From contig CAZTCI010000001.1 of NCBI GenBank assembly GCA_964612665.1, positions 252,896 through 316,895 on the forward strand: a DNA stretch of 64,000 nucleotides, in the 5' to 3' direction. The position numbers and the translations under genes were made by a program. This DNA comes from an uncultured Planctomycetales bacterium. Its GTDB lineage: Bacteria > Omnitrophota > Gorgyraeia > Zapsychrales > JAHFFX01. Below the pieces are notes generated by a model, which worked only from the letters and a program-made list of their open reading frames with translations, was not told the DNA's origin and made no database searches. This document shows, piece by piece, positions 27,101 through 37,124 of the stretch; the first letter of the stretch is position 1, and every line of letters starts with the position of its first letter.

Positions 27101-28212
27101 CGTTTTACCAAGCGACCAACGTCTCCCACCAAAAAACGGCTGGCCGGCAAACGACTAATGCCTTTGACCAGAAGAAAACTTATCACCACAGTAGTTATAA
27201 AAGTCAGGGCCACCCAGGGTTCCTGGTAATTGAATCCATTCACTTCAAGATAACGCCGGACACAAACAAAGACCCCCGCATGAACCAAATAAATACCAAA
27301 GGAATATTGTGCCAATTCTTCCAAAATTATTTTGTTTGCAAGTTTGTTTTGAATGCACCATAAGGCAATCTTCGCCAGTAAAATAAAGGTCAGTAAATTC
27401 TGCAATATCTCGGCGAGAATATTGATAATCTTAAAACTCGCTGGGATATTTAAGAATCCATGCCAGTAAACGGCACCCAAATACAATGAATAAGTCCTGA
27501 TTGAATTTAAAACAATAATCGCAGTCCCGATCCACAAAATTTTTACGGGCAATGCTTTTTCCCTAATCTCTTTAACATGAAAAAAACAAAAAATTCCGGC
27601 TATAAAATAAGCCCAATAAACCAGGGAAAAAATAGTTAAGTTATAAAAGGTTTTCTCTTCCAGCTTCAAGACATTCAGCCAAATTACCGCATGCCAAACG
27701 ATCTGTATGGCAAAAACAGTGATCACAAACTTCCAATCCTGTTTGCGCTCATAAAAAAATTTATAGACGTTCAAGAGAACTGGAAACAAAATATACATTT
27801 GAAAAATGACCGGAAAAAACCATAAGTGAAAAAAATTTCTTCCGGTTATTAAATTGAACGCGAGATTCGTGAAATTGGTTTGATCCAAAACATGTGGTTT
27901 AAAATACAGCGTAAAGATCAAATAAAGGAAAGAAAAAATAATAAAAGGCGGCAAAAGGCCCCCAAACCGTTTTTTATAAAATCCACTCACCAGAAAGGAA
28001 GATTTATACCGGGCGCTTAAAACAAACCCTGAAATAAAAATAAAAAGCGGCACAGCCCATTGCACCAGCTGAAAAAAGAAAAGATCGCCAAGATACATGG
28101 GATTCGATCGAGGAAGTGTTTGGAAATCGGGACTGACATGAATCGCAATAACACCTAAAATCGCAAACCCGCGCAGCAATTGAATGTCTTCAAAGATTTT
28201 CTTCGTAGGCAT
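27097..28212 (-). CDS. acyltransferase family 3 (OafA-like) membrane protein
   Basis: N-terminal LRGFAILGVIAIHVS motif and about 10 TM helices; 371 aa. Convergent with the upstream gene and overlaps it by 4 nt. Confidence 0.75.
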   Translation of the reverse strand: MPTKKIFEDIQLLRGFAILGVIAIHVSPDFQTLPRSNPMYLGDLFFFQLVQWAVPLFIFISGFVLSARYKSSFLVSGFYKKRFGGLLPPFIIFSFLYLIFTLYFKPHVLDQTNFTNLAFNLITGRNFFHLWFFPVIFQMYILFPVLLNVYKFFYERKQDWKFVITVFAIQIVWHAVIWLNVLKLEEKTFYNLTIFSLVYWAYFIAGIFCFFHVKEIREKALPVKILWIGTAIIVLNSIRTYSLYLGAVYWHGFLNIPASFKIINILAEILQNLLTFILLAKIALWCIQNKLANKIILEELAQYSFGIYLVHAGVFVCVRRYLEVNGFNYQEPWVALTFITTVVISFLLVKGISRLPASRFLVGDVGRLVKR

Positions 28213-28276
28213 CTCTTATCTCTTCCATATAGAATCTATCCTTCGCTGTTCTTCAACTATAGCTTTTGGTTAGATT

Positions 28277-28663
28277 CTAATTCTTGGTTATTTTCAATAA
28301 TCTTTCGATTTCTGGCAGAAGTTTTTCGGTACTTTCAGGCTTGCGGATATAAGCGTCGGCCTTGGACATGAAACCAATCCGTTCGTCAATCGTCCGGACT
28401 TGGGCCGTAAGCATGATAACTGGCAGGGAACTCGATATTTCGTCTTTGATTCGCGCGCAAATCTCATAGCCGTTGGCGCCCGGCATCACCACATCCAGTA
28501 CAACTAAATCCGGACGTTCGGTTAAAACTTTTTTAATGCCTTCCATGCCCGAATTTGCGGTAACGACATCATAACCTTCAGATTCTAAACTAATTTTAAT
28601 TAATTTAGTTATATCAACTGTATCATCAATCACTAAAATTTTCTTTTTGCTTCCGGTCATCAA
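28277..28663 (-). CDS. orphan single-domain response regulator (CheY-like)
   Basis: 128 aa receiver (KILVIDDTVD...VVLDVVMPGANGYE...). Confidence 0.8.
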   Translation of the reverse strand: MMTGSKKKILVIDDTVDITKLIKISLESEGYDVVTANSGMEGIKKVLTERPDLVVLDVVMPGANGYEICARIKDEISSSLPVIMLTAQVRTIDERIGFMSKADAYIRKPESTEKLLPEIERLLKITKN

Positions 28664-28734
28664 TTCCGTTTCCTTTCTTCATTAATAAGTATACCGTATT
28701 AACGATCAGGGGACGATTACCCCAGTTATAATGC

Positions 28735-28768
28735 AAAAAACCTATGCCGAAGCCGGAATAGGTTTTTT
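28735..28768. terminator. terminator-like palindrome with A-run/T-run in divergent intergenic region
   Basis: AAAAAACCTAT-gccgaagccggaa-ATAGGTTTTTT; sits between divergent genes 28663(-) and 29129(+). Confidence 0.4.
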
Positions 28769-29128
28769 GGGGACAATTGTGCAGATCTTCCACTCTATAC
28801 AACTGGAGGGCACGATGACCGAGTCTGGTCCCAACAAAATTACCAAGGAGATATGAAGCATTCTAACTTTTTTCTTTGGCATTCATGACCTCCTTTAGTT
28901 TCTATAGGGGAGTATTACAGCACAGTTTTCTATAGGATTAAACAGAAATCTTCAGTTTGTAATCATCCGCGGCCTTTTAGACGCAAAGTCATCTGCAATA
29001 AGCAAATCAAACGAAATTCCCCTTGCCACCCCCATTTTTCCATAATAAAATGTCACTTCATTTCAGCCTTATAGTATAATAAAGAAAATTTTTGAAGGTC
29101 TTGTCTGATCACTACAAAGGAAAAATCC

Positions 29129-31807
29129 ATGAGCGACGCTGTAAATAACAAACCTAACATCGAAATGGACGATATTGAAATTAAAGAGTGGCTCAGTTCC
29201 CTCGATTACGTCCTTGAACACGGCACACCCGAAAGAGCTCAGCATCTTCTGCAGCAACTTCAAATCCGGGCCCAGATGGCCGGCATTACCATTCCCTTTT
29301 CCGTGAACACTCCTTATGTCAACACCATAACCCCCGATAAACAACCAGTTTATCCGGGCAACCGTGAAATAGAACGCCGAATCAAAAGTATTATCCGTTG
29401 GAACGCCATGGCGATGGTCGTTCGGGCTAACCGCAATGAAGACGGTATCGGCGGCCATATTTCAACGTTTGCTTCTTCCGCGACCCTTTTTGAAGTTGGC
29501 TTTAACCATTTTTTCCGGGCCCGCCGTGAAAACTTTAGCGGTGATCAAGTCTATTTTCAAGGTCACGCCTCTCCTGGCGTCTATTCCCGGGCTTTCTTGG
29601 AAGGCCGATTAACTCAACAAAATTTAGAAAATTTCCGACGTGAACTTCAGCCCGGCGGCGGACTGTCTTCTTATCCTCATCCGTGGCTGATGCCAAACTT
29701 TTGGCAATTTCCCACCGTTTCGATGGGCCTGGCGCCGATTTTAGGAATTTATCAAGCCCGATTTAACCGTTATTTGGAAGACCGCGGTCTTAAACCCAAA
29801 GATGACAGCAAAGTTTGGGTTTATATGGGCGACGGCGAATCTGATGAACCCGAATCGTTAGGCGCCATCACCATGGCCTCTCGGGAAAAATTAGACAACC
29901 TCGTTTTTGTCATCAACTGTAATCTCCAGCGATTGGACGGTCCTGTTCGAGGCAACGGTAAAATCATTCAAGAGCTTGAAGCTCTTTTCCGCGGTGCCCA
30001 ATGGAATGTCATTAAAGTTATTTGGGGAAGCGATTGGGATCCGCTTTTAGAAAAAGATACCGAAGGCATCCTTATTAAACGCATGGGCGAAGTCGTTGAC
30101 GGCCAATATCAAAAATATACTGTTTCCCCTGGAGATTATATTCGAAATCATTTCTTTGGCACTGATTCCAGATTGCTTAAGATGGTTGAACATCTTTCCG
30201 ATGAATATTTAAGTAAAATGAAGCGCGGCGGTCATGATCCGGAAAAAGTTTATGCCGCTTATAAAGCCGCGGTTGAATTTAAAGGCGCTCCGACGGTCAT
30301 TATCGCCCACACGATTAAAGGTTATGGATTGGGCGAATCCGGCGAAGGCAAGAATGTAAGCCATCAGCAAAAAAAACTTAACGAAGATGAATTGAAAGTG
30401 TTCCGCACGCGATTTAACATCCCGATTTCCGACGAAGAAGTCGCCGATTGCCCTTTTTATAAACCCGCGGATGATTCTCCCGAAATGGAGTACTTGCATG
30501 AATGCCGTAAAAAACTAGGCGGTTATGTCCCAGCACGTCACCCTAAAAGCAATCCTATCCCTCCTTTGCCCGACGAACTTTTCGAAGAATTTTATAAAGG
30601 AACCGGCGATCGCGAGGTTTCAAGTACAATGGCTTACGTCGCCATTTTGCGAAATCTTCTTAAACATCCTGAAATAGGCAAACTGATAGTGCCGATCATT
30701 CCTGATGAAGCGCGGACGTTCGGGATGGAAGGTTTTTTTAAGCAGATCGGTATCTATTCTCACGTCGGGCAGCTCTATGAACCGGTTGATAAAGATAATT
30801 TATTTTATTATATGGAAGCTCAAAATGGGCAGCTTTTAGAAGAGGGTATCACGGAAGCCGGCGCCATTTCTTCTTTTATCGCGGCAGGTACCGCTTACGC
30901 GACGCACGGCATCAACACGATTCCCTTCTACGCTTACTATTCTATGTTCGGACCGCAGCGCGTCGGAGATTTGGTTTGGCTGGCGGCAGATATCCGCTGC
31001 CGGGGCTTTTTAGTCGGCGCTACCTCCGGCCGCACAACTTTAAACGGCGAAGGTCTTCAGCATCAAGACGGCCATAGTCATGTGCTGGCATCGACGGTGC
31101 CAACATTAATTGGATACGATCCTGCCTTTGCTTATGAACTTGCCATCATCATTCAAGATGGAATCCGGCGGATGTACGAAAAACAGGAAAGTGTTTTTTA
31201 TTATCTGACCGTCGGAAACGAAAACTATATCATGCCACCGATGCCGGCCGGTGTTAAAGAAGGCATTTTAAAAGGCATGTATCGTTTCAAAAAATCCGAC
31301 AAACCTTCGGCGCTCAAAGCGCATTTGTTCGGCAGCGGTGCGATTATGAATCAGGTTTTAGCCGCGCAAAAAATTCTCGAAGAGAAATATCAAGTCTCGA
31401 CGGATGTCTGGAGTGTCACCAGTTACACCGAATTACGCCGCGAAGGACTGCATGTCGAACGGTGGAATTATTTGAACCCTAAGGAAAAACCCAAAATGCC
31501 TTACGTCAGCGACCTTCTCAAAAATGAACAAGGCATTTTTGTCGCGGCCTCCGATTACATGAAAGTATTACCCGACGGCATCCGTCAGTGGGTCCCGAAA
31601 CCTTTTGAAGTCCTCGGCACCGACGGGTTCGGCCGTTCCGAAAGCCGTAAAGCGCTGCGTGATTTCTTTGAAGTTGACAGCCGTCATATCGTCTTAACGA
31701 CCTTGGGCTCGCTTTATCGCCAAGGAAAAATTAAAGCGAATGTTGTTGATCAAGCGGTTGTGGAGCTTAAGATTAATCCGCAAAAATTGAATCCGATGAT
31801 TTCGTAA
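29129..31807 (+). CDS. aceE: pyruvate dehydrogenase E1 component, homodimeric type
   Basis: 892 aa; ThDP-binding region and full-length similarity to AceE. Confidence 0.9.
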   Translation: MSDAVNNKPNIEMDDIEIKEWLSSLDYVLEHGTPERAQHLLQQLQIRAQMAGITIPFSVNTPYVNTITPDKQPVYPGNREIERRIKSIIRWNAMAMVVRANRNEDGIGGHISTFASSATLFEVGFNHFFRARRENFSGDQVYFQGHASPGVYSRAFLEGRLTQQNLENFRRELQPGGGLSSYPHPWLMPNFWQFPTVSMGLAPILGIYQARFNRYLEDRGLKPKDDSKVWVYMGDGESDEPESLGAITMASREKLDNLVFVINCNLQRLDGPVRGNGKIIQELEALFRGAQWNVIKVIWGSDWDPLLEKDTEGILIKRMGEVVDGQYQKYTVSPGDYIRNHFFGTDSRLLKMVEHLSDEYLSKMKRGGHDPEKVYAAYKAAVEFKGAPTVIIAHTIKGYGLGESGEGKNVSHQQKKLNEDELKVFRTRFNIPISDEEVADCPFYKPADDSPEMEYLHECRKKLGGYVPARHPKSNPIPPLPDELFEEFYKGTGDREVSSTMAYVAILRNLLKHPEIGKLIVPIIPDEARTFGMEGFFKQIGIYSHVGQLYEPVDKDNLFYYMEAQNGQLLEEGITEAGAISSFIAAGTAYATHGINTIPFYAYYSMFGPQRVGDLVWLAADIRCRGFLVGATSGRTTLNGEGLQHQDGHSHVLASTVPTLIGYDPAFAYELAIIIQDGIRRMYEKQESVFYYLTVGNENYIMPPMPAGVKEGILKGMYRFKKSDKPSALKAHLFGSGAIMNQVLAAQKILEEKYQVSTDVWSVTSYTELRREGLHVERWNYLNPKEKPKMPYVSDLLKNEQGIFVAASDYMKVLPDGIRQWVPKPFEVLGTDGFGRSESRKALRDFFEVDSRHIVLTTLGSLYRQGKIKANVVDQAVVELKINPQKLNPMIS

Positions 31808-32059
31808 TTCAGTTTCCCAGTTGTCCAGTTTCTTCAGTTAATTTAGAGGTATGACAACTAACGCCACGTGAAGTTGGCTTTGAACCTCAGGCGATGATTT
31901 TCTCGCTATTTTCAGACCAAAATTATATTAATCAAAATGATTTTGATCGTATTTATAAAGAATTAGAAGAAATTCGAACGATGATTGCAGGTTTTATCAG
32001 GTATCTAAAGAGTTTAAAATAAAAAACTGGCTAACTGGCAACTGGTCAACTGGATAACT
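31808..32059. repeat. inverted-repeat-flanked insertion in aceE-aceF spacer
   Basis: Left arm 31808..31839 TTCAGTTTCCCAGTTGTCCAGTTTCTTCAGTT and right arm 32025..32059 AACTGGCTAACTGGCAACTGGTCAACTGGATAACT. Each arm has four CCAGTT/AACTGG units, in inverted orientation, about 185 nt apart. A 43-codon ORF (31894..32022) lies between them. Confidence 0.6.
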
Positions 32060-32071
32060 TAGTGAGGAATT

Positions 32072-33397
32072 ATGATTACCGACTACAAACTCCCCGGCCT
32101 CGGCGAAAATATTAAATCCGGCGTCGCTGCCAAAATTCTCGTCAAACCCGGCGATGCTATTAAAAAAGACCAATCTATTTTAGAATTGGAAACCGACAAA
32201 GCCGTATTGGAAGTTCCCTCTTCTATCGACGGAGTTGTGAAAGAAGTTTTAATCAAACCAGGCAATGAAGTCAAGGTTGGTCAGGTCATTTTAAAAATAG
32301 ATACCGATGGAACGGCCGCTCCCGCGGCGAAACCGGCACCGGCCGAAACAAAAACTAAAGAAGAACCAAAACTAAAACCCGCCGACATTCCAGCCGTTAA
32401 AGAATTTGCCAAACCAGAACCGTTAAGCAGCGCACAAGTTGTTATGCCTACGCCAAAACTAGAAGTTCCAGCGCCAGTCAGTAAAGATGTCGCCGCAGCA
32501 CCCTCCGTCCGGCGTTTTGCCCGTGAAATCGGCATTGATATCACACAAGTCCCCAGCTCTGGTCCCGGCGGAAGAATTTCAATGGATGATGTTAAAAATT
32601 ATTCAAAGGCGCTTAACGCGGGTGGAAATCGCAGCGCTGGCAGCGGCGCAGGTTTGGCTATTCCAACCGAAACGCTTCCTGATTTTAGTAAATGGGGCGC
32701 GATCGATCGTCAGCCTATGAGCATGATTCGCAAAAAAACCGCCGAACATTTAAGCTATGCCTGGGCCACGATTCCTCACGTCACTCAATTTGATAAAGCT
32801 GACATCACTGAGTTGGAAGAACTGCGTAAACGTTTCAGCAAGAAAGTTGAAGCCAGCGGCGGGAAATTAACGATCACCTCCTTCCTTTTAAAAGTGATCG
32901 CCTCGGCGTTAAAAACATTTCCGCAGTTTAACGCGAGTCTCGACATGGCCAAAAATGAAATTATTTATAAAAAATATTTTCACGTTGGAGTAGCGGTTGA
33001 CACGGACCGCGGGCTTTTGGTGCCGGTCATCCGAGACGTTGATAAGAAAAGCATTCGCGATTTGTCCGTTGAATTAGCCGGTATTGCCGAACGCGCACGA
33101 AATAAAAAACTTACTCTTGAAGAAATGCAGGGCGCCAGCTTTACGATCACCAACTTAGGCGGGATCGGCGGCACGTTTTTTACGCCGATCGTTAACGCGC
33201 CGGAGGTCGCGATTTTAGGTGTGTCGCGGTCGGTTATGGAACCTATTTTTCAAGACGGCAAATTTGTTCCCCGGCTCATGCTTCCTCTTTCTTTATCCTA
33301 CGATCATCGTTTAGTCGACGGCGCCGACGGCGCCCGTTTCTTACGCTGGGTCTGCGATGCGATTCAGCAACCGTTTTTGATGGATTTGGGTGGTTAA
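32072..33397 (+). CDS. aceF: dihydrolipoamide acetyltransferase (PDH E2), single lipoyl domain
   Basis: Lipoyl-lysine motif LETDKAVLEVPS, Ala/Pro-rich linker, peripheral subunit-binding domain, catalytic DHRLVDG. Confidence 0.85.
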   Translation: MITDYKLPGLGENIKSGVAAKILVKPGDAIKKDQSILELETDKAVLEVPSSIDGVVKEVLIKPGNEVKVGQVILKIDTDGTAAPAAKPAPAETKTKEEPKLKPADIPAVKEFAKPEPLSSAQVVMPTPKLEVPAPVSKDVAAAPSVRRFAREIGIDITQVPSSGPGGRISMDDVKNYSKALNAGGNRSAGSGAGLAIPTETLPDFSKWGAIDRQPMSMIRKKTAEHLSYAWATIPHVTQFDKADITELEELRKRFSKKVEASGGKLTITSFLLKVIASALKTFPQFNASLDMAKNEIIYKKYFHVGVAVDTDRGLLVPVIRDVDKKSIRDLSVELAGIAERARNKKLTLEEMQGASFTITNLGGIGGTFFTPIVNAPEVAILGVSRSVMEPIFQDGKFVPRLMLPLSLSYDHRLVDGADGARFLRWVCDAIQQPFLMDLGG

Positions 33398-33474
33398 TTT
33401 CAGAAGAGAGTAGTAAGTAGAGAGTCAGCTGAATTTGCAAACTCTCTCCTCTCTACTTCAAAAGGAGAACAACA

Positions 33475-34884
33475 GTGTCAAACTCAAACCTAGTCGTCAT
33501 CGGCGCCGGTCCCGGCGGTTATGCGGCGGCTTTTTTGGCGGCGGATTTAGGAATAGAAACGACATTAATCGATAAAGAAACGAATCCAGGCGGGATTTGT
33601 CTTTACCGCGGCTGTATTCCTTCCAAAGCGCTTTTGCATGTGGCCAAAGTTATTTCTGATGCCAAAGCCGCTCAACATTTCGGCGTCGCCTTTAGTCCGG
33701 CCCAAGTGAATTTAAATCAACTGCGTCAATGGAAAGAAAGTGTCGTGACCAAATTAACTGGCGGCCTTGGGCAATTGACGAAACAAAGAAAAGTTAAATA
33801 CATTCAAGGCGAAGCGGTTTTCACGAATTTGAACACATTGTCGATTAAGAAAATGGATGGCTCAACTGAAACGCTTTCCTTTAATAAAGCCATCATTGCA
33901 ACCGGCTCGCGGCCGACAACACTGCCGAACCTTCCGGCCTCACCTCATATTTGGGATTCGACCTCGGCGCTAAGGCTTGATGAAATTCCGGCTTCTCTAT
34001 TAGTTGTGGGCGGCGGTTACATTGGATTGGAATTGGGCATGGCTTACCACGAATTAGGTTCAGCTGTTTCCGTCGTGGAAATGACATCCGGCCTTTTGCC
34101 TGGAGCGGATCGGGACTTGGCTGATGTCTTAGCCAAACGCGCGAAGAGTATTTTTAAAGAAACTTTACTTGAAACGAAAATTGCTAAAATGACACCGCAT
34201 GCCGACGGTGTGTTGGTAACGTTCCAAACCAAAGATGGCCAAGAAAGACACCAGGATTACAATAAAGTTTTAGTCGCCATTGGCCGACGGCCAAATTCGG
34301 AAAATTTAGGTTTGGAAAAAACTAAGGTCCAACTAACTGAACGCGGTTTTGTTAAAGTAAACGCTCAGCGCCAAACAACTGATCCAAATATTTATGCGAT
34401 CGGTGATATCGCCGGTGACCCGATGCTCGCGCATAAAGCGTCTCATGAAGGACGCACGGCCGTTGAAGCGATCGCCGGCCACAAAGTTGTATTTGAACCC
34501 AAAGCAATTCCAGCGGTCGTGTTTACGGATCCGGAATTAGCGTGGTGCGGATTAACCGAACTGGATGCGGCCAAACAAAACATTCCGATTTCCGTTGTAA
34601 AATTTCCGTGGGCCGCTTCGGGCCGGGCGTTGACACTCGATCGCACCGACGGGTTGACAAAACTCATTGTTGATCCGAAGACCGAACGGATTTTAGGTGT
34701 CGGCATTGTCGGTGTGGGCGCGGGCGATTTGATTGCCGAAGGCGTTCTCGCCGTTGAAATGGGCGCTTTGGCCACTGATTTAAAATTAAGTATCCATCCT
34801 CACCCCACTCTTTCGGAAACAGTCATGGAAAGCGCCGAGATGCTTTTCGGGCAGAGTACGCATATTTACAAACCTAAACGCTAA
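33475..34884 (+). CDS. lpdA: dihydrolipoyl dehydrogenase (E3)
   Basis: FAD motif GAGPGGYAAAF, redox-active disulfide GGICLYRGCIPSK, NAD site, C-terminal dimerisation/His-Glu region. Confidence 0.9.
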   Translation: MSNSNLVVIGAGPGGYAAAFLAADLGIETTLIDKETNPGGICLYRGCIPSKALLHVAKVISDAKAAQHFGVAFSPAQVNLNQLRQWKESVVTKLTGGLGQLTKQRKVKYIQGEAVFTNLNTLSIKKMDGSTETLSFNKAIIATGSRPTTLPNLPASPHIWDSTSALRLDEIPASLLVVGGGYIGLELGMAYHELGSAVSVVEMTSGLLPGADRDLADVLAKRAKSIFKETLLETKIAKMTPHADGVLVTFQTKDGQERHQDYNKVLVAIGRRPNSENLGLEKTKVQLTERGFVKVNAQRQTTDPNIYAIGDIAGDPMLAHKASHEGRTAVEAIAGHKVVFEPKAIPAVVFTDPELAWCGLTELDAAKQNIPISVVKFPWAASGRALTLDRTDGLTKLIVDPKTERILGVGIVGVGAGDLIAEGVLAVEMGALATDLKLSIHPHPTLSETVMESAEMLFGQSTHIYKPKR

Positions 34885-34896
34885 TAAAACGCTATT

Positions 34897-35016
34897 AACG
34901 TGGGACGTCAGCACGTAGGACGTTGGACGTCGAGCCAATAAAAAAAGCCCATTCTTAAATTTAAGAATGGGCTTTTTTTACGTCCCACGTGCTCACGTCC
35001 TACATCCCACGTAATT
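34897..35016. repeat. compound inverted repeat (GGACGT/ACGTCC units) enclosing a bidirectional terminator
   Basis: Left arm AACGTGGGACGTCAGCACGTAGGACGTTGGACGTCG and right arm ACGTCCCACGTGCTCACGTCCTACATCCCACGT flank the A-run/hairpin/T-run at 34940..34979. Confidence 0.55.
34940..34979. terminator. bidirectional rho-independent terminator (lpdA / convergent response regulator)
   Basis: AAAAAAA-GCCCATTCTTAAAT|TTAAGAATGGGC-TTTTTTT, a perfect 13-bp stem. Confidence 0.8.
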
Positions 35017-35025
35017 CAGCGCGCT

Positions 35026-35451
35026 TTACACTTCCTTCCCCATCGCCACCTGAATCACGCGTTTGACATCTTCCATTTCAAAAGGTTTTTTAAGACAGGT
35101 GATCGCGCCGAGTTCGCGGGCGCGGTTGCGTTTTTCTTCGACGGAATATCCGCTCATCATGACAATCGGGAGCTTCGGGGCCACCGTTCGGATTTCTTGT
35201 AAGGTCGCCACACCATCTTTCTCCGGCATAACGATATCAAGAAATGCGACATCAAATGGCTTTTTCTTAACCGCGTCCAACGCTGCGTTGGCGTTATCAA
35301 CGACGGTGATTTCATAGCCGCCCGTATAGCCTAAAGTAAAATCAAAGAGATCACCGATAATTTTCTTATCATCCACGACTAGAACTTTGATCTTTTCCAT
35401 GATGCCAACTCCTCCAAGATTTTGTATGTCCCTGTTGCTTTTCCTGTCCAA
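35026..35451 (-). CDS. single-domain response regulator (CheY-like)
   Basis: 141 aa receiver (KVLVVDDKKI...FLDIVMPEKDG...). Confidence 0.8.
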   Translation of the reverse strand: MDRKSNRDIQNLGGVGIMEKIKVLVVDDKKIIGDLFDFTLGYTGGYEITVVDNANAALDAVKKKPFDVAFLDIVMPEKDGVATLQEIRTVAPKLPIVMMSGYSVEEKRNRARELGAITCLKKPFEMEDVKRVIQVAMGKEV

Positions 35452-35501
35452 TTATATACTAAAACAAATTGCTTAGACAATTAAACTTCTCCGCAGTTGC
35501 C

Positions 35502-37058
35502 TTACGCAGCCTGAGGCACTTCGACATACGGCAACTGGATAACGAACGTAGCTCCATGACCCGGGGTGCTTTCAACTTCAATCCGGCCGCCGTGTTCATC
35601 GATCAAATCTTTGCATAACGCCAGGCCAATGCCGGCGCCTTTGGTTTTTGTTGAAAAAAATGGTTCAAAGATATGCTGTTTATCTTCGGGCAAAAGTCCG
35701 GGACCGTTGTCTTGAAAGGAAACAAGCACTTTTTTGGCGCCGCGGTTAAATTCGGAACTGATTTTAAGGTAACGCACTGTGCCGCGCGGCAACGTGCTTA
35801 AAGCCTGGGTCGCGTTAATGATGACATTCATAAAGACCTGTTGCAGATGAACCCCGTCGGCAAAAACCGGCGGCAGGTTGTCTTCCAAGACCAGATCCCA
35901 ATTGACGCGCCGGATCCTTAATTCATCAGTAATCAAATTCACGGCCCGGTTAATATAGATATTAACATTAATATTTTCTTTTTTAATTTCGCGGTGGCGG
36001 ATAAGTTCCATTAAGTCTTCAAGCATTTCCTTTAAGTACTGCGATTGCTCTTCCATCAGACAGATCGGCTTATAAAAAGCGTCTTCAGGCTTCATTTCTT
36101 TTTTGATAAATTTAACAAAACCATGAATGGCGGTAATGGGCTGGCTGATTTGATGCAGAATACCGGCGCTTAAACTCGCGACCGCTGAAATTTTGCCGGT
36201 TTCCAGGAGCTTTAATTGGGTCGTACGCAATTCTCCGACGACATGTGAAATCTCAGCGGTTTTTTTATCAACATCATATTCAAGATCATGAATACGCTGG
36301 TCGACCCGCGCCTGGTAATCATGAAACGCCGTTAACACCTGACTGGTCATAAAAGCTAAAATCGCCATAAAACCAATGGGGGCCAGGTTGATGACATTGG
36401 CGATCAGATCAATATAACCGCAAAGAATGACGGGATAAGAAATAATAAAAAAACGGATTTTGCGCCGCTTAATTTCTTCTTCAATCAAAAAATGGCTGTA
36501 AATTAAAACCATAATCCCCAACGCAAAGGTGGTCACGATAAAATAAAGAAATCCAATAGGCAAGCTGGTCCGCTGGGGATAGAAGCCGAAGGTATAAGTT
36601 TCCATTCCCATCCACAGATGAGTTTCGCGGAAAAAACTCGAAAAGGCCCAGACTAAAAGCGCAACAGTCCCATAACGCAGATACGTAATGCGGGATACAA
36701 AAGCACTGGCGGTATAAAATAGCCCGACGGGAACAAGCGCCATGCCTAAGTACATGATATTCGACCAGAAAAGTGCAAGGCCTTCATTATTGGCCCCCAG
36801 CATAAACCCTAGACCGAGAAGCCAAATAATTGCGCTTAAAAAAACAAACCCTAAAGCCCGGGTTAAAAGCGCTGTCCCCTGCATGCGGTATAAAAGATAA
36901 CAAAAAATACCGCCCATCGCGGCGGCAAAAATTGGGATCAATGAAAAGGAATAATGAAAGTAATTATGGATATTGAATAAGGGAAGCCAGTCGTTTATAA
37001 AATTCATTGCAAAACCACTGATTAGTCTCGGGTTAATTAACGACAGAGTTGTCGTCAA
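35502..37058 (-). CDS. sensor histidine kinase with N-terminal multi-TM sensor domain
   Basis: 518 aa; 6-7 TM helices, coiled-coil, H-box ...ILHQISQP..., HATPase_c N/G boxes (DNGPGL, GAGIGL). Confidence 0.8.
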   Translation of the reverse strand: MTTTLSLINPRLISGFAMNFINDWLPLFNIHNYFHYSFSLIPIFAAAMGGIFCYLLYRMQGTALLTRALGFVFLSAIIWLLGLGFMLGANNEGLALFWSNIMYLGMALVPVGLFYTASAFVSRITYLRYGTVALLVWAFSSFFRETHLWMGMETYTFGFYPQRTSLPIGFLYFIVTTFALGIMVLIYSHFLIEEEIKRRKIRFFIISYPVILCGYIDLIANVINLAPIGFMAILAFMTSQVLTAFHDYQARVDQRIHDLEYDVDKKTAEISHVVGELRTTQLKLLETGKISAVASLSAGILHQISQPITAIHGFVKFIKKEMKPEDAFYKPICLMEEQSQYLKEMLEDLMELIRHREIKKENINVNIYINRAVNLITDELRIRRVNWDLVLEDNLPPVFADGVHLQQVFMNVIINATQALSTLPRGTVRYLKISSEFNRGAKKVLVSFQDNGPGLLPEDKQHIFEPFFSTKTKGAGIGLALCKDLIDEHGGRIEVESTPGHGATFVIQLPYVEVPQAA

Positions 37059-37124
37059 TCTTTAAAGAAGTTTTATGGATTTTAACACGATCCATTTTTA
37101 TTTTTTAAAAGATTTTGAGAAATT

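Noticed and set aside
29069-29458. 129-aa minus-strand ORF overlapping the aceE start
   Set aside because: Antisense to the strongly conserved AceE N-terminus.
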